From assembly GCA_963730195.1 (NCBI GenBank), contig CAVSRN010000048.1:30466-94465 (forward strand): a stretch of DNA of 64,000 bases, given 5' to 3'. Below are positions 1 to 10,128 of this stretch, piece after piece (position 1 is the stretch's first letter; every line of letters begins with the position of its first letter). Below the pieces are notes generated by a model that saw only the letters and a list, made by a program, of their open reading frames with translations, searched no databases and had not been told where the DNA came from. The DNA is from an uncultured Alphaproteobacteria bacterium (GTDB lineage: Bacteria; Pseudomonadota; Alphaproteobacteria; Geminicoccales; Geminicoccaceae). A program made the translations under genes and the position numbers.

Positions 1-194
1 CAACTTGCGCTGGCGCGTCCTCGACCCGTCGCGCCGGATCAAGCTGCGGCAGGTGACCGGCTGTCGGCGCTCGGCCCTTGGTGCCGGCCGGGTGGGATGG
101 CATCCTTCATCCATGGCGGTGCGGCGTTCGCCCAGCCGGCAACGAACAGGCCCTGTCCGGCCGCCCTATCCTGTGCTTTCGGGAGGCGTCGCAA

Positions 195-974
195 ATGCCC
201 TACACCGCATCGGAAATGGCCGAGTCCATCGGCACCATCACCCTCGATCACGAGCATCGGCGCAACGCCCTGGGCCGCGCCCTCGTCGAGGAGGTCTTGG
301 CCGCCCTTCGCTCGTTCTGCGAGGCGAAGGTGCGGGTGGCGATCCTGCGGGCCAGGCCCGGCAGCCGTGTGTGGTCGGCCGGTCACGAGGTCGATGAGCT
401 CCCGACCACGCACCGCGACCCGTTGGGCTGGGACGATCCGCTACGCCAGCTCGTGCGCGAGATCGAAGCCTTCCCGGCGCCTGTGATCGCGATGGTCGAG
501 GGCAGCGTCTGGGGCGGCGCCACCGAGACGGTGTTGGCCTGCGACCTCATCCTGGCCGCCGAGACCGCCACCTTCGCGGTCACGCCGGCCAAGCTCGGTG
601 TGCCGTACAACGTGAGCGGCATGCTGACCTTCCTCAATGCGGCGCCCTTGCCCATCATCAAGGAGATGATCTTCACCGCCCGGCCGGTCGACGCCGTCCG
701 CGCCGAGCGGTTCGGCATGATCAACTACGCCCTGCCGGCCGCCGAACTCGAAGGCTTCACGCTCGGCCTTGCCCGCCAGATCGTGGCGAACGCGCCGCTC
801 AGCGTCGCCGTGATGAAGGAGCAGCTGCGCATCCTGAGCGGCGCGCATCCGATGTCGCCGCAGGGCTTCGAGCGCGTCCAAGGCCTGCGCCGAGTGGTCT
901 ACGACAGCCGCGACTACCAGGAGGGCATCCGCGCCTTCAAGGAGAAGCGCCGGCCGATGTTCACTGGCGAGTAG
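195..974 (+). CDS. enoyl-CoA hydratase/isomerase (crotonase) family protein, methylmalonyl-CoA decarboxylase-like
   Basis: Track ORF 78..974. Crotonase-like sequence (VIAMVEGSVWGGATE, C-terminal EGIRAFKEKRRP). Start trimmed to ATG 195, which follows GGGAGG at 181-186. Confidence 0.8.
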   Translation: MPYTASEMAESIGTITLDHEHRRNALGRALVEEVLAALRSFCEAKVRVAILRARPGSRVWSAGHEVDELPTTHRDPLGWDDPLRQLVREIEAFPAPVIAMVEGSVWGGATETVLACDLILAAETATFAVTPAKLGVPYNVSGMLTFLNAAPLPIIKEMIFTARPVDAVRAERFGMINYALPAAELEGFTLGLARQIVANAPLSVAVMKEQLRILSGAHPMSPQGFERVQGLRRVVYDSRDYQEGIRAFKEKRRPMFTGE

Positions 975-1131
975 GCCGCCTCAGGCATCCGGACGCGACG
1001 GACAGCGGCACGGCGAGCGAGCCCAACCTCCTCGCTCAGGCCGACATCAGGCTGTCCGCGTCTGCTGACCCATCTGGCGCCGGGCATCCGCAAGGCGATT
1101 TCTGGATCGGCGACGCCCGAAGAGTTCTAAG

Positions 1132-1911
1132 CTACGTGCCGGCGCGCAGGCGCTCGAGGCCGCCCTTGCTCGGGTCGCCCATCAGGAAGCCGAGGTCGGA
1201 GGAGTACATGACCAGGCCCATGCCCTTGGCGAGCCAGGTCTGGAGCCCCTCGACGCTGCCCATGTGGATCGCCGGGACCACGCCGTGGCGGCGGGCGGCG
1301 GCCATCATCGTCTCGATCGCCGCGCTGACCCGGCCCGACACGTCCGCTTCGGCCAGGCCGAGCGAGACCGAGAGGTCCTCCGGCCCGACCAGCGCGACAT
1401 CGACGCCCGGCACCCCGAGGATGGCGTCGATGTCCTCGATCGCGGCCTTGCGCTCGATCTGGGCGATCGCGATCGTGTCCTCGTTGTTGATCCGGACGAA
1501 CTCGGCGAGCGGCCGGAAGTCGTAGCCGCTGTGCGGCGCGTCCGAGGATAGGCCGCGCCTGCCGAGCGGCGGATATTTGATCGACTGGACGAGCAGCTCG
1601 ACATCGGCCGGGCGCTCGACCCGGGGCAGCATGACGCCGATCGCACCCTGATCGAGGATCCGGCCGATCAGCTCGTACTGCGGCCCGGCGACCCGGACCA
1701 GGGGCGCGATGCCGACGAGCCTGGCGGCGCGGATGATCTCGGCCGCGGTCTCGAGATTGAAGCCGCCGTGCTCCATGTCCAGCATGAAGAAGTCGAAGCC
1801 GACCTGCTTCAGGATCTGGGCGATCGCCGGCGTCCGCACCTCCTGGACCATGGTGCCGATCAGGGTCTCGCCATTCTTGAGGCGCTGTCGCAGATGGCTT
1901 GGTTGCATCAC
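1132..1911 (-). CDS. HpcH/HpaI family 2-keto-3-deoxy-acid aldolase
   Basis: 259-aa ORF with LKNGETLIGTM, FDFFMLDMEHG and YPPLGRRG motifs typical of HpcH/HpaI aldolases. G/C-ending codons dominate. Confidence 0.8.
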   Translation of the reverse strand: MMQPSHLRQRLKNGETLIGTMVQEVRTPAIAQILKQVGFDFFMLDMEHGGFNLETAAEIIRAARLVGIAPLVRVAGPQYELIGRILDQGAIGVMLPRVERPADVELLVQSIKYPPLGRRGLSSDAPHSGYDFRPLAEFVRINNEDTIAIAQIERKAAIEDIDAILGVPGVDVALVGPEDLSVSLGLAEADVSGRVSAAIETMMAAARRHGVVPAIHMGSVEGLQTWLAKGMGLVMYSSDLGFLMGDPSKGGLERLRAGT

Positions 1912-1980
1912 TCGTCTCCCATGGATCAGGATATCTGAACCCGGGGCGGCGTCGGCCGTTTCCCGGGGCGGGGCGATCGC

Positions 1981-2652
1981 TCAGGTGCCGACCGTCCGCA
2001 GCATGCGGGCCTCGAGATGCGAGACCGCGCGGGTCAGCGGGAAGGCGACCGCGAAGTAGAGCAAGGCGACCGTGGTCAGGAGCTCGATCGGCCGTGCCGA
2101 GACGTTGGAGATGTTCTGGCCGGCGTACATCAGGTCGCTCATCCCGACCGCGGACACCAGCGAGCTCTCCTTGAACAGGCTGACGCTGTTGGAGAGCAGG
2201 GTCGGGATCGCGAGGCGGATCGCCTGCGGGAACACGATGTAGCGGACCCGCTGATAGGGCGACAGCCCAAGCGCCACGCCCGCGTCCGTGTGGTCCCTCG
2301 GGATCGCGTGCAGGGCGGCGCGGAAGGTCTCCGAGGAGATCGCGGCCATGAACAGCGTGAGCGCGATCACCGAGGACGCGAAGTTGCTGATCTCGACCCC
2401 GAGCACGATCGGCAGGCAGAAGAAGATCCAGAACAGCTGGACCAGGACCGGCGTGCCGCGGAAGAACTCGACATAGGCGGTGCTGACGACGCGCAAGAGA
2501 CGCGAGCGGCCGACCCGCATGACGCTGAGCACGAAGCCGAACAGCGAGCCGAGCACGATGCAGATGGAGGTGAACTCGATGGTCGTGAGCAGGCCCCAGA
2601 GCAGCACGTCGAAATAGTCGGCGATCACGCCGAACGAGAAATCGTAGCTCAT
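1981..2652 (-). CDS. amino acid ABC transporter permease (His/Glu/Gln/Arg/opine type)
   Basis: 223-aa hydrophobic ORF with the polar-amino-acid permease pattern (EFFRGTPVLVQLF, EAA-like loop ALGLSPYQRVRYIVFPQA). Confidence 0.9.
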   Translation of the reverse strand: MSYDFSFGVIADYFDVLLWGLLTTIEFTSICIVLGSLFGFVLSVMRVGRSRLLRVVSTAYVEFFRGTPVLVQLFWIFFCLPIVLGVEISNFASSVIALTLFMAAISSETFRAALHAIPRDHTDAGVALGLSPYQRVRYIVFPQAIRLAIPTLLSNSVSLFKESSLVSAVGMSDLMYAGQNISNVSARPIELLTTVALLYFAVAFPLTRAVSHLEARMLRTVGT

Positions 2653-2668
2653 CGCGCCATGCCCGCCG

Positions 2669-3340
2669 TCAGCCGCCGATCTTGGCGGCGAGGCGGTCCT
2701 CGACCAGCTTCACGGCCTGGCCGATCGGGAAGGCGATCGCAAAATACAGAAAAGCGACCGTGGTCAGGGTCTCGATCGGCCGGTAGGTCTGGGTCGCGAG
2801 CAGCTTGCCCTCATACATCAGGTCCGCGATCGCGACGATCGAGACCAAAGCACTCTGCTGGAAGGCGCCGATGCCGTTGGTCATCAGCACCGGCACCGCG
2901 AGCCGGAGCGCCTGGGGCAGGATGATCGTGCGCACCCGCTGGAACGGCGACAGGCCGAGCGCCACCCCGGCGTCGAGATGGGCGCGCGGGATCGCCTGGA
3001 TCGCGGCCCGGTAGGCCTCGGCGTTGAAGGCCGTGAGGTTGAGGCTCAGCGCCAGCAGCGCGCTCGCGAACGGGCTGATCGCGAGGCCGAACAGGATCGG
3101 CAGGCAGTAGAACACCCAGACGATCTGGACCAGCATCGGCGTGCAGCGGAAGAACTCGATGAACGCGGTCGCCGGCCAGGCGACGAGGCGCAGCGGGCTC
3201 ATGCGCATGAGCGCGACCACGAAGCCCCCGCTCAGGCCGATCAGGATGGTCAGGCCGGTGATCTCCAGGCTGAGCCGGAGACCCTCGAGCAGCATGTCGA
3301 AGTGCCGCCAGACGAAGAAGAAGTTGAGCTGGTAGTTCAT
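2669..3340 (-). CDS. amino acid ABC transporter permease (second subunit)
   Basis: 223-aa paralogue of the previous ORF (EFFRCTPMLVQIVW, ALGLSPFQRVRTIILPQA), 17 nt upstream of it. Confidence 0.9.
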   Translation of the reverse strand: MNYQLNFFFVWRHFDMLLEGLRLSLEITGLTILIGLSGGFVVALMRMSPLRLVAWPATAFIEFFRCTPMLVQIVWVFYCLPILFGLAISPFASALLALSLNLTAFNAEAYRAAIQAIPRAHLDAGVALGLSPFQRVRTIILPQALRLAVPVLMTNGIGAFQQSALVSIVAIADLMYEGKLLATQTYRPIETLTTVAFLYFAIAFPIGQAVKLVEDRLAAKIGG

Positions 3341-3375
3341 CTCAGATCGCGGCCGTCCGGCTCCGCCGCCCCGCT

Positions 3376-4239
3376 CTAGCCGACGATGAAGTGATCGAGG
3401 AAGTCGCGGGTGCGGGCTTCGGCCGGCTCGGTGAAGATGCGCGCGGGCGGTCCCTGCTCCATGATCCGGCCCTGATCGATGAACGCGACCCGGGTCGCGA
3501 TCTTGCGCGCGAAGTCCATCTCATGAGTGATGATCATCATCGCCATGTTCTGCTCGGCGAGCTGCAGCATGACGCTCAGGACCTCCTTGACCAGCTCCGG
3601 GTCGAGCGCCGAGGTGATCTCGTCGAACAGCATCAGGCGCGGTTCCATCATCAGCGCGCGGGCGATCGCGACCCGCTGCTTCTGGCCGCCCGAGAGGCGG
3701 TTCGGATAGGCGTCCGCCTTGTCCGCAAGGTTGAAGCGCTCGAGCAGCGCACGCCCGGCCGCGACCGCCTCGGCCTTGCGCTGGCGGCGTACCAGGACCG
3801 GTGCCAGCACCAGGTTCTGCATCACCGAGAGATGCGGGAACAGGGTGTAGTGCTGGAACACCATGCCGACCTGGAGCTGGATGCGCTTGTCGACGAAGGT
3901 GCGGTGGCGGCGGGCGCCGGGGCGCGCCTCGACGTAGACCTGGTCGTCGAAGGCGATCTGGCCGCGGTCGATCTCCTCGAGGCCCATGACGCAGCGCAAA
4001 AGCGTGCTCTTGCCGCCGCCGCTCGGGCCGATCACCACCAGGCGCTCGTTCTCGGCCAGATCGAGATCGAGCTCACGCAGGACGTGCAGCTGCCCGAAAT
4101 ATTTGTCGACCCCGCCAATCCGGAGCAGTCGCTTGGGATCGCCGGGGTTCGGGCCGATCGCGGCAGCGTCCCGCGTGGCGGGCTCGAGGGTCGTCATCGG
4201 TGGAACATTCCCGGCGGCCGGATCGCGGCCGTGCGCCAA
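3376..4239 (-). CDS. amino acid ABC transporter ATP-binding protein
   Basis: Walker A GPSGGGKST, signature LSGGQKQR, Walker B LMLFDE. Start is uncertain; ATG at 4197 (MTTLEP) is an alternative. Confidence 0.9.
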   Translation of the reverse strand: MAHGRDPAAGNVPPMTTLEPATRDAAAIGPNPGDPKRLLRIGGVDKYFGQLHVLRELDLDLAENERLVVIGPSGGGKSTLLRCVMGLEEIDRGQIAFDDQVYVEARPGARRHRTFVDKRIQLQVGMVFQHYTLFPHLSVMQNLVLAPVLVRRQRKAEAVAAGRALLERFNLADKADAYPNRLSGGQKQRVAIARALMMEPRLMLFDEITSALDPELVKEVLSVMLQLAEQNMAMMIITHEMDFARKIATRVAFIDQGRIMEQGPPARIFTEPAEARTRDFLDHFIVG

Positions 4240-4288
4240 CCCTGCCGGGGGAGCGCGGCGCTCGCCGCCGGCAGGGCGACGCCCCGGC

Positions 4289-5113
4289 TCACTCCTTGTT
4301 GGCCAGGATCTGGGTGACGTAGTGGTTCATCCACTGGTCCATGACGCCCTCGGCGCGCAGCTCCTCGATCAGGATGTCGAGGGCCTGGATGTCCTCGAGC
4401 GAGGTGGTCTTGCGGAAGCCGAACGCGATCCCCTGCTTGGCGATCGCCGGGTCGGGCAGGACGGTCGCGCTCCACTCCGGGTGGCTCTCGGCGAACAGCA
4501 TGTTGCCGTCGGCGTCGTCGGCCAGGGCGTCGGCGCGGTTGGAGATCACGGCCATCCGCGAGGCGTCGAAGTCCGGCAGGCGGGCGATCGTGGCGTTGTG
4601 GATCAGGGGCGTGATCGAGTGGTCCTGGGCGGTCCCCGACATGACCGCGATGGTGACGCCCTTTTTGTCGAAGTCGGCGAGCGACTTCCAGCTCGGGTCG
4701 ATCTTCTGGTTGGTCTTATTGTAGACCAGCGAGATCTGATAGAACCAATAAGGCGCCGAATAGTTGATGGCGATCGCCCGGCGCGGGGTGCGGTTGAGGG
4801 CGACCGCGATGTCCCACTTGCCGGCCTGCATGCCGGCGATGATGTTGTCCCAGGTGGTGTCGACCACCTGCAGCTTGACCTCCAGGGTATCGGCGAGCTT
4901 GCGCAGCACGTCGATCGCGACCCCGCTCCACTCGCCGGTCTTGGGATCACGGATGGCGTGCGGGGCGGCGACCGCGGCGCCGACCTTGAGCACGCCCTCG
5001 CTCTGGACCTTCTCCCAGAGCTTCTCCTGGGCCTGGACCGGACCGCCGGCCAGCAACCCACCGAGGACCAGCGTGGTCACGCCGGCCAGCGCCATTCTCG
5101 CAAGGCTTCGCAT
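4289..5113 (-). CDS. amino acid ABC transporter substrate-binding protein
   Basis: Track ORF 4289..5176. Start trimmed to ATG 5113 (MRSLARMALAGVTTLVLGGLLAGGPVQA signal peptide), preceded by AGGGAGG. Family-3 SBP-like sequence. Confidence 0.85.
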   Translation of the reverse strand: MRSLARMALAGVTTLVLGGLLAGGPVQAQEKLWEKVQSEGVLKVGAAVAAPHAIRDPKTGEWSGVAIDVLRKLADTLEVKLQVVDTTWDNIIAGMQAGKWDIAVALNRTPRRAIAINYSAPYWFYQISLVYNKTNQKIDPSWKSLADFDKKGVTIAVMSGTAQDHSITPLIHNATIARLPDFDASRMAVISNRADALADDADGNMLFAESHPEWSATVLPDPAIAKQGIAFGFRKTTSLEDIQALDILIEELRAEGVMDQWMNHYVTQILANKE

Positions 5114-5260
5114 GTTCGGGCCTCCCTGGGGCTTCGGCGGGCGACCGGCGCGCCGGTTCTCCGCCGCCTGTCTCATGTTCGGGCCAAACTGTACGCAAAG
5201 TGTCGACAGGGAGCAACACGCAAGGCCGTGGCCCGCAGGCTGGCCGCGCCGGGTCCGGGC

Positions 5261-5965
5261 TCAGAGGTGGCGGGTGAGGCCGCCGTCGACCCGGAGGTTC
5301 TGGCCGGTGATGTAGCCGGCGCCGTCGGACAGCAGGAAGGCGATCGTCTTGGCCATCTCCTGCACCGTCCCGATCCGCTGCGCCGGCACCCGCAGCCGGT
5401 TGTCCTCGCTCTGCGGCAGGCTGTCGATGAACCCGGGCAGGACGTTGTTGATGCGGATGCCGGCCTTGGCGTACTGGTCGGCGTAGAGCTTGGTGAAGCC
5501 CGCGAGCGCGGCCCGCAGCGACGCCGAGACCGGGTAGGCGGGCTCGGGCTCGAACGCCGCGAAGGTCGAGACGTTGACGATCGCACCGCCACCCTGGGCG
5601 ACCATGACCGGGGTCACCAGGCGGCAGATCCGGACCACGTTCAGGACCAGCATGTCGAGCCCGGCGTGCCAGTCGCGATCCGGGATCTCGAGCAGCGCGC
5701 CCTTGGGCGGATGGCCGGTGTGATTGACCACCGCGTCGATCCGGCCGTAGCGCTCGCGGCAGGCGGCCACCAGGCGCTCGAGGTCGCCCGCCTCGGTCAC
5801 CGAGCCGCGCACCGCGATGCCGTCCAGCTCCTTGGCCAGCCGCGCCACGGCCTCCGAGCGCGACATCAGCGCGAGCCGGTAGCCGCCGGCCGCCAGTTCC
5901 CGCGCGACCGCGGCGCCGATGCCGCCGCCGGCCGCCGTCACGATCGCGATCGGTTGCGCTGCCAT
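5261..5965 (-). CDS. SDR family oxidoreductase
   Basis: 234-aa ORF with an N-terminal Rossmann motif (VTAAGGGIGAA) and short-chain dehydrogenase length and pattern. Confidence 0.85.
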   Translation of the reverse strand: MAAQPIAIVTAAGGGIGAAVARELAAGGYRLALMSRSEAVARLAKELDGIAVRGSVTEAGDLERLVAACRERYGRIDAVVNHTGHPPKGALLEIPDRDWHAGLDMLVLNVVRICRLVTPVMVAQGGGAIVNVSTFAAFEPEPAYPVSASLRAALAGFTKLYADQYAKAGIRINNVLPGFIDSLPQSEDNRLRVPAQRIGTVQEMAKTIAFLLSDGAGYITGQNLRVDGGLTRHL

Positions 5966-5999
5966 GGTCGCTCTCCCGCGTGTGGCCGTTGCCGCCCGG

Positions 6000-7270
6000 T
6001 CAGAACCGGTCGACCCGGTAGGGGTGGAGGTCGATGGTCGGGGGCAGGCCGGCGGCCAGCTCCGCGATCAATTGCCCGGTGAGCGGGCCGAAGGTCAGAC
6101 CGAGATGGCCGTGCCCGAAGGCATAGCTGACGTTGCCGAAGTGCCGGGCGCGGCCGATCACCGGCAAGGAATCCGGGGTCGCCGGGCGATGGCCCATCCA
6201 CTCGCTGCCGCCGCCGTAGCGTCGAGCGCCGGGTAGACGCGCCTGGCCTTTTGCACCAGGATTCGCGCCCGGGCGTAGTCGGGCGGCGCCTCGAGGCCGG
6301 CGATCTCGACCGTGCCGGCGACCCGCAGGCCCATCTCCATCGGCGTGACCACGAAGTGCTCGGCGGCGTAGAGGACCAGGCGCCGCGGCCGGACGCCGGG
6401 GTGGGGCAGGGTCACGTGGTAGCCCCGGTGGCTCTCGAGCGGCACGCGGTCGCCGAGCGGCCGGGCGAGCCGGTGCGACCAGGCGCCGGCCGCGATCACC
6501 AGCTGGTCGAAGGCCTGGGCGCTGCCGTCACCGAGCCTGGCCGCGAGCGCCCGCCGGTCCCGGGTCTCGATGCCGACGACCTCGGCGCGCCGCAGCCGGC
6601 CGCCGGTGCGCAAAAAATGCTCGGCGAGACCGGTCACCAGCCGATGGGGGTTGGTGATGTGGTACCAGCCGGGCATCCGGATGCCGAAGGCGAAATCGCG
6701 GGCGAGGTCGGGCTCGAGCTCGGGCAGGGCCGGGCCGGCGACCCGCTCGAAGGGGATGCCATGGGTGCGGCGCAGGTCCCAGTGCAGGCGTTCCGCGGCC
6801 AGCTGGCGCTCGTCGTCGTAGAGGTAGAGACAGTCCTCGCGCGCCAGGAGATCGTCGAGCCCGGCGGCCGCCAGCAGCGTCTCGAGCGGCGCTCGGGCGG
6901 CATGGGAGAGGGCGGCGAGCGCCGCCGCCAGAGGGCGCACGCGCGCCTCCGAGCCGGCCGCAAGGAAGCGCAGCAGCCAGGGCAGCGCCCGCGGCAGATA
7001 GCGCCAGCGGACCGCGAGCGGCCCGAGCGGGTCGAGCAGCCAGCCCGGCACCTCGCGCAGCAGGCCCGGCACCGCGAGCGGGATGATCTCGCCGGTCGCG
7101 ACCCCGCCGGCGTTGCCAAAGGAGGTCGCCTCGCCCGGCGCCAGCCGGTCGACGACCGTGACCTCGAAGCCCTGGCGGCGCAGCCAGCAGGCGCAGCCCA
7201 TGCCGACGATGCCGGCGCCGATCACCAGGACTTCGCGCCCGCCCGGGCCCGTCGCTCCGGAAGCCATCAT
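6000..7270 (-). pseudogene. FAD-dependent oxidoreductase (D-amino-acid/D-hydroxyproline dehydrogenase-like), frame broken
   Basis: N-terminal part in ORF 6158..7402 (VLVIGAGIVGMGCA dinucleotide fold; start ATG 7270 after GAGG). C-terminal part (SEWMGHRPATPDSLPVIG...GHGHLGLTFGP) is in ORF 6000..6197, in another frame. A 1-nt indel lies between about 6198 and 6225. Confidence 0.8.
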
Positions 7271-7400
7271 CCGCCTCGGTGGTTTTGGTCGAAGCCTAGG
7301 CGAGCCCGGGACCGCCGACAAGTAGACATTGTGTCGACAGCTGTGCCAGGATGGGTCGATCCCAAGCGTGACTGGCGGAACATCGGGGCGAGGCGGGAAC

Positions 7401-8240
7401 ATGGCAGAGGTCGCGATCGATCGCTCGCAGCTCGAGCGTCTGGACGAGGCGGCGCCGCGGGACGAGCCCGCGCCGCGGGCGGCGCCGGTCCGCCGCCGGC
7501 GCGCGGCCGGCTCCCAGCGGATCTACAAGAAGATCCGCGAGGACATCCTCTGCCTCAAGCTGCGACCGGGCGAGCCGCTCGACGAGGTCGGCCTCGCCAA
7601 GCGCTTCAAGCTGTCGCGCTCGCCGGTCCGCGAGGCGCTGATCCGACTCTCGGGCGAGGGCCTGGTGACGCTGCTGCCGAACCGCAGCGCCCTGGTCGCG
7701 CCGCTCGAGTTCCAGACCCTGCCCCGCTACCTCGAAGCGCTCGACATGATGCAGCGGATCACCACCCGCATGGCCGCGGTGCGGCGGACCGAGACCGAGC
7801 TGGCGGCGATCCGGACGGCCCAGGCGGCGTTCGAGCGCGCCTGCGCGCGGGTCTCGATCGTCGACATGATCGAGACCAACCGCGCCTACCATCTCGCGAT
7901 CGCGGCCGCCGGCCGCAACCCCTACTTCACCTCGTTCTACGCGCGCCTGCTGGATGAGGGCATGCGCATGCTCCACATCCACTTCAAGTTCCGCGCCGAG
8001 ACCCAGGAGCTCAAGCCCGACCTGATGTTCGCCGAGCACACCCTGATGACCGAGGCGGTCGCGGATCACGATGCCGCGCTCGCCGAGCGGCTCGCCCACG
8101 AGCACGCGGAGGGCTTCAGCGAGGCCTTCATCCGCTACATGCGCCAGAACCTGGCCGCCGGGATCGACATCGCGAGCTCGACCGAGCGGGTCCTGCGCGA
8201 GGTGTCCCAGCTGCAACGCGCCAGCGCCAGGGCCCGCTGA
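7401..8240 (+). CDS. GntR family (FadR/FCD-type) transcriptional regulator
   Basis: Winged-helix segment IYKKIREDILCLKLRPGEPLDEVGLAKRFKLSRSPVREAL followed by a helical FCD-like domain. Divergent from the catabolic operon. Start ATG 7401 after GAGGCGGG. Confidence 0.85.
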   Translation: MAEVAIDRSQLERLDEAAPRDEPAPRAAPVRRRRAAGSQRIYKKIREDILCLKLRPGEPLDEVGLAKRFKLSRSPVREALIRLSGEGLVTLLPNRSALVAPLEFQTLPRYLEALDMMQRITTRMAAVRRTETELAAIRTAQAAFERACARVSIVDMIETNRAYHLAIAAAGRNPYFTSFYARLLDEGMRMLHIHFKFRAETQELKPDLMFAEHTLMTEAVADHDAALAERLAHEHAEGFSEAFIRYMRQNLAAGIDIASSTERVLREVSQLQRASARAR

Positions 8241-8286
8241 CCCTGGCCCGAGGCCGGCCACCGCCAACCGAGAGGGAGCCACCATC

Positions 8287-9166
8287 ATGTCCGAACTCGC
8301 CGGCATCTGCGTGCCGATCAGCACGCCGTTCGACCCGAGCGGCGAGCAGCTCGACGAGGCGGCGCTCTGCGCTCACATCGAACTCGATGCTGGACGCGGG
8401 CGTGCACATCATCCTGGTCTGCGGCGGCACCGGCGAGTTCCCCTATCTGCGCCCGGCCGAACGGCGCCGGATCGCCGAGATCGCGGGCCGCCAGATCGCC
8501 GGCCGCGCGCGCTTCATGGTCCAGACCTCGGGCGTCAGCACCTCCGAGACGATCGAGGCCTGCAAGCACGCCCAGGACACCGGCGCCGATGGCATCATGG
8601 TGCTGCCCCCCTACTTCGAGGGTCCGGAGCGCCGCGGCGTGCTCTGGCACTACGAGCAGGTGGCGCGCGCGGTCGAGCTGCCGGTCATGGTCTACAACAT
8701 CCCGCAGAGCACGACCATCGACATCACCCCGGATCTGTACGCGCAGCTGCTCGAGATCGACCACATCGAGGCGATCAAGGACAGCACCGGCAGCCTGATC
8801 CGGATCCAGGAGCTGCTGGCGGTCGGCGGCACGGTGTTCAACGGCGCCGATCCGATCGCCTTCGCCGCCCTGCTCGCCGGCTGCCCGGGCTGCGTCTGGG
8901 GCGCGGTCAACGCCATGCCGCGCGAGGCGGTCGAGCTCTACGACCGGGTGGCATCCGGCGACCTCGCCGGCGCCCGCGAGGTCTGGCAGCGCATGCTGCC
9001 GGCCCAGCTGTTCTTCTGGAGCCACTTCTACAATGCCGCGGTCAAGGCCGCGACCAACCTCTCCGGGCGCCCGGTCGGACCCTGCCGCAAGCCGGTGCAG
9101 CCGCTCACCCCGGAGGAGCAGCGCGGCCTGCTGCGCGCCCTCGAGCCGCTCGGCATCGGCCGCTGA
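8287..9166 (+). pseudogene. dihydrodipicolinate synthase (DapA/NAL) family lyase, frame broken
   Basis: N-terminus MSELAGICVPISTPFDPSGEQLDEAALCAHIE is in the frame of ATG 8287. The remainder (MLDAGVHIILVCGGTGEF...VYNIP...) is in ORF 8387..9166. Indel at about 8378-8388. Confidence 0.8.
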
Positions 9167-9214
9167 CCCCGTCCGCTCGAGCCGCCCCGTCCGCTCGAGC
9201 CGCGCCGCGCGCGC

Positions 9215-10102
9215 CTACGCCACCTGGGCCTGCTCGATGAACGGCTTGCCGCCGGCCGCGCGGATGGTCTCGTCCATGGCATCGCCGAGCGTCGGGCGCG
9301 GGTTGCGGTAGAGCACGCCGAGCGCTGGCGTGTTGGTGTCCATGGCCTGGGCCATCGCCGCCATCAGGTCGCTCGGCTCGTGGTCGGCGGCCAGGTGACG
9401 CACCTGCATGCCGAGGTTCTGATAGGTCTTGCTGGTCTTGTCGAAGGTCACGCAGGGCGAGAGGATGTGCAGGTAGGAAAAGCCGCGATGCGCGAGCGAC
9501 GCGGCGATCATGTCGGTCAGGTGATGGGGCTCGCCGGCGTAGGCCTGGCCGACCCAGCTGGCACCGTAGGCGAGCAGCATCATCAAGGGGTTGAGCGGCT
9601 GATCGCGGTTCTCGTAGGGGCTGGTCTTGGTCTTGAAACCCATGACCGAGGTCGGCGACACCTGGCCCTTGGTCAGGCCGTAGATGCCGTTGTCGAACAG
9701 GAGGTAGGTGATGTCGACGTTGCGCCGCGCCGCGTGCGGGATGTGGCCGCCGCCGATCGCGAAGCCGTCGCCGTCGCCGCCGATCGCGATCACCGTGAGC
9801 TTGTCGTTGGCGAGCTTGATCCCGGTCGCGACCGGCAGGGTGCGGCCGTGCAGGGTGTGGAAGCCGTAGGTGTCCATGAAGAACGGGAAGCGCGAGGCGC
9901 AGCCGATCCCGGACACGATCACCGCGTCCTTGTTCGCGATCTCGAGCCGGTTGAGGGCGAGCGTCAGGCCTTCGGTCATGCTGAAATAGCCGCAGCCCGG
10001 GCACCAGGTCGGCAGCGACTTGGAGCGGTAGGACAGGCGGCCGTTGCCCTGGATCTCCTTGAGTTTTTCTTCCAGGTAGATGGGCTCGCGGAGCTCGGCC
10101 AT
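9215..10102 (-). CDS. korB: 2-oxoacid:ferredoxin oxidoreductase beta subunit (TPP-binding)
   Basis: C-terminal 295 aa of track ORF 9215..11770 (MAELREP...WCPGCGYF...IGGDGDGFAIGGGH). ATG 10102 preceded by AGAGGGA. Confidence 0.85.
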   Translation of the reverse strand: MAELREPIYLEEKLKEIQGNGRLSYRSKSLPTWCPGCGYFSMTEGLTLALNRLEIANKDAVIVSGIGCASRFPFFMDTYGFHTLHGRTLPVATGIKLANDKLTVIAIGGDGDGFAIGGGHIPHAARRNVDITYLLFDNGIYGLTKGQVSPTSVMGFKTKTSPYENRDQPLNPLMMLLAYGASWVGQAYAGEPHHLTDMIAASLAHRGFSYLHILSPCVTFDKTSKTYQNLGMQVRHLAADHEPSDLMAAMAQAMDTNTPALGVLYRNPRPTLGDAMDETIRAAGGKPFIEQAQVA

Positions 10103-10128
10103 GGGACGGTCCCTCTTGTGGGAAAAAT

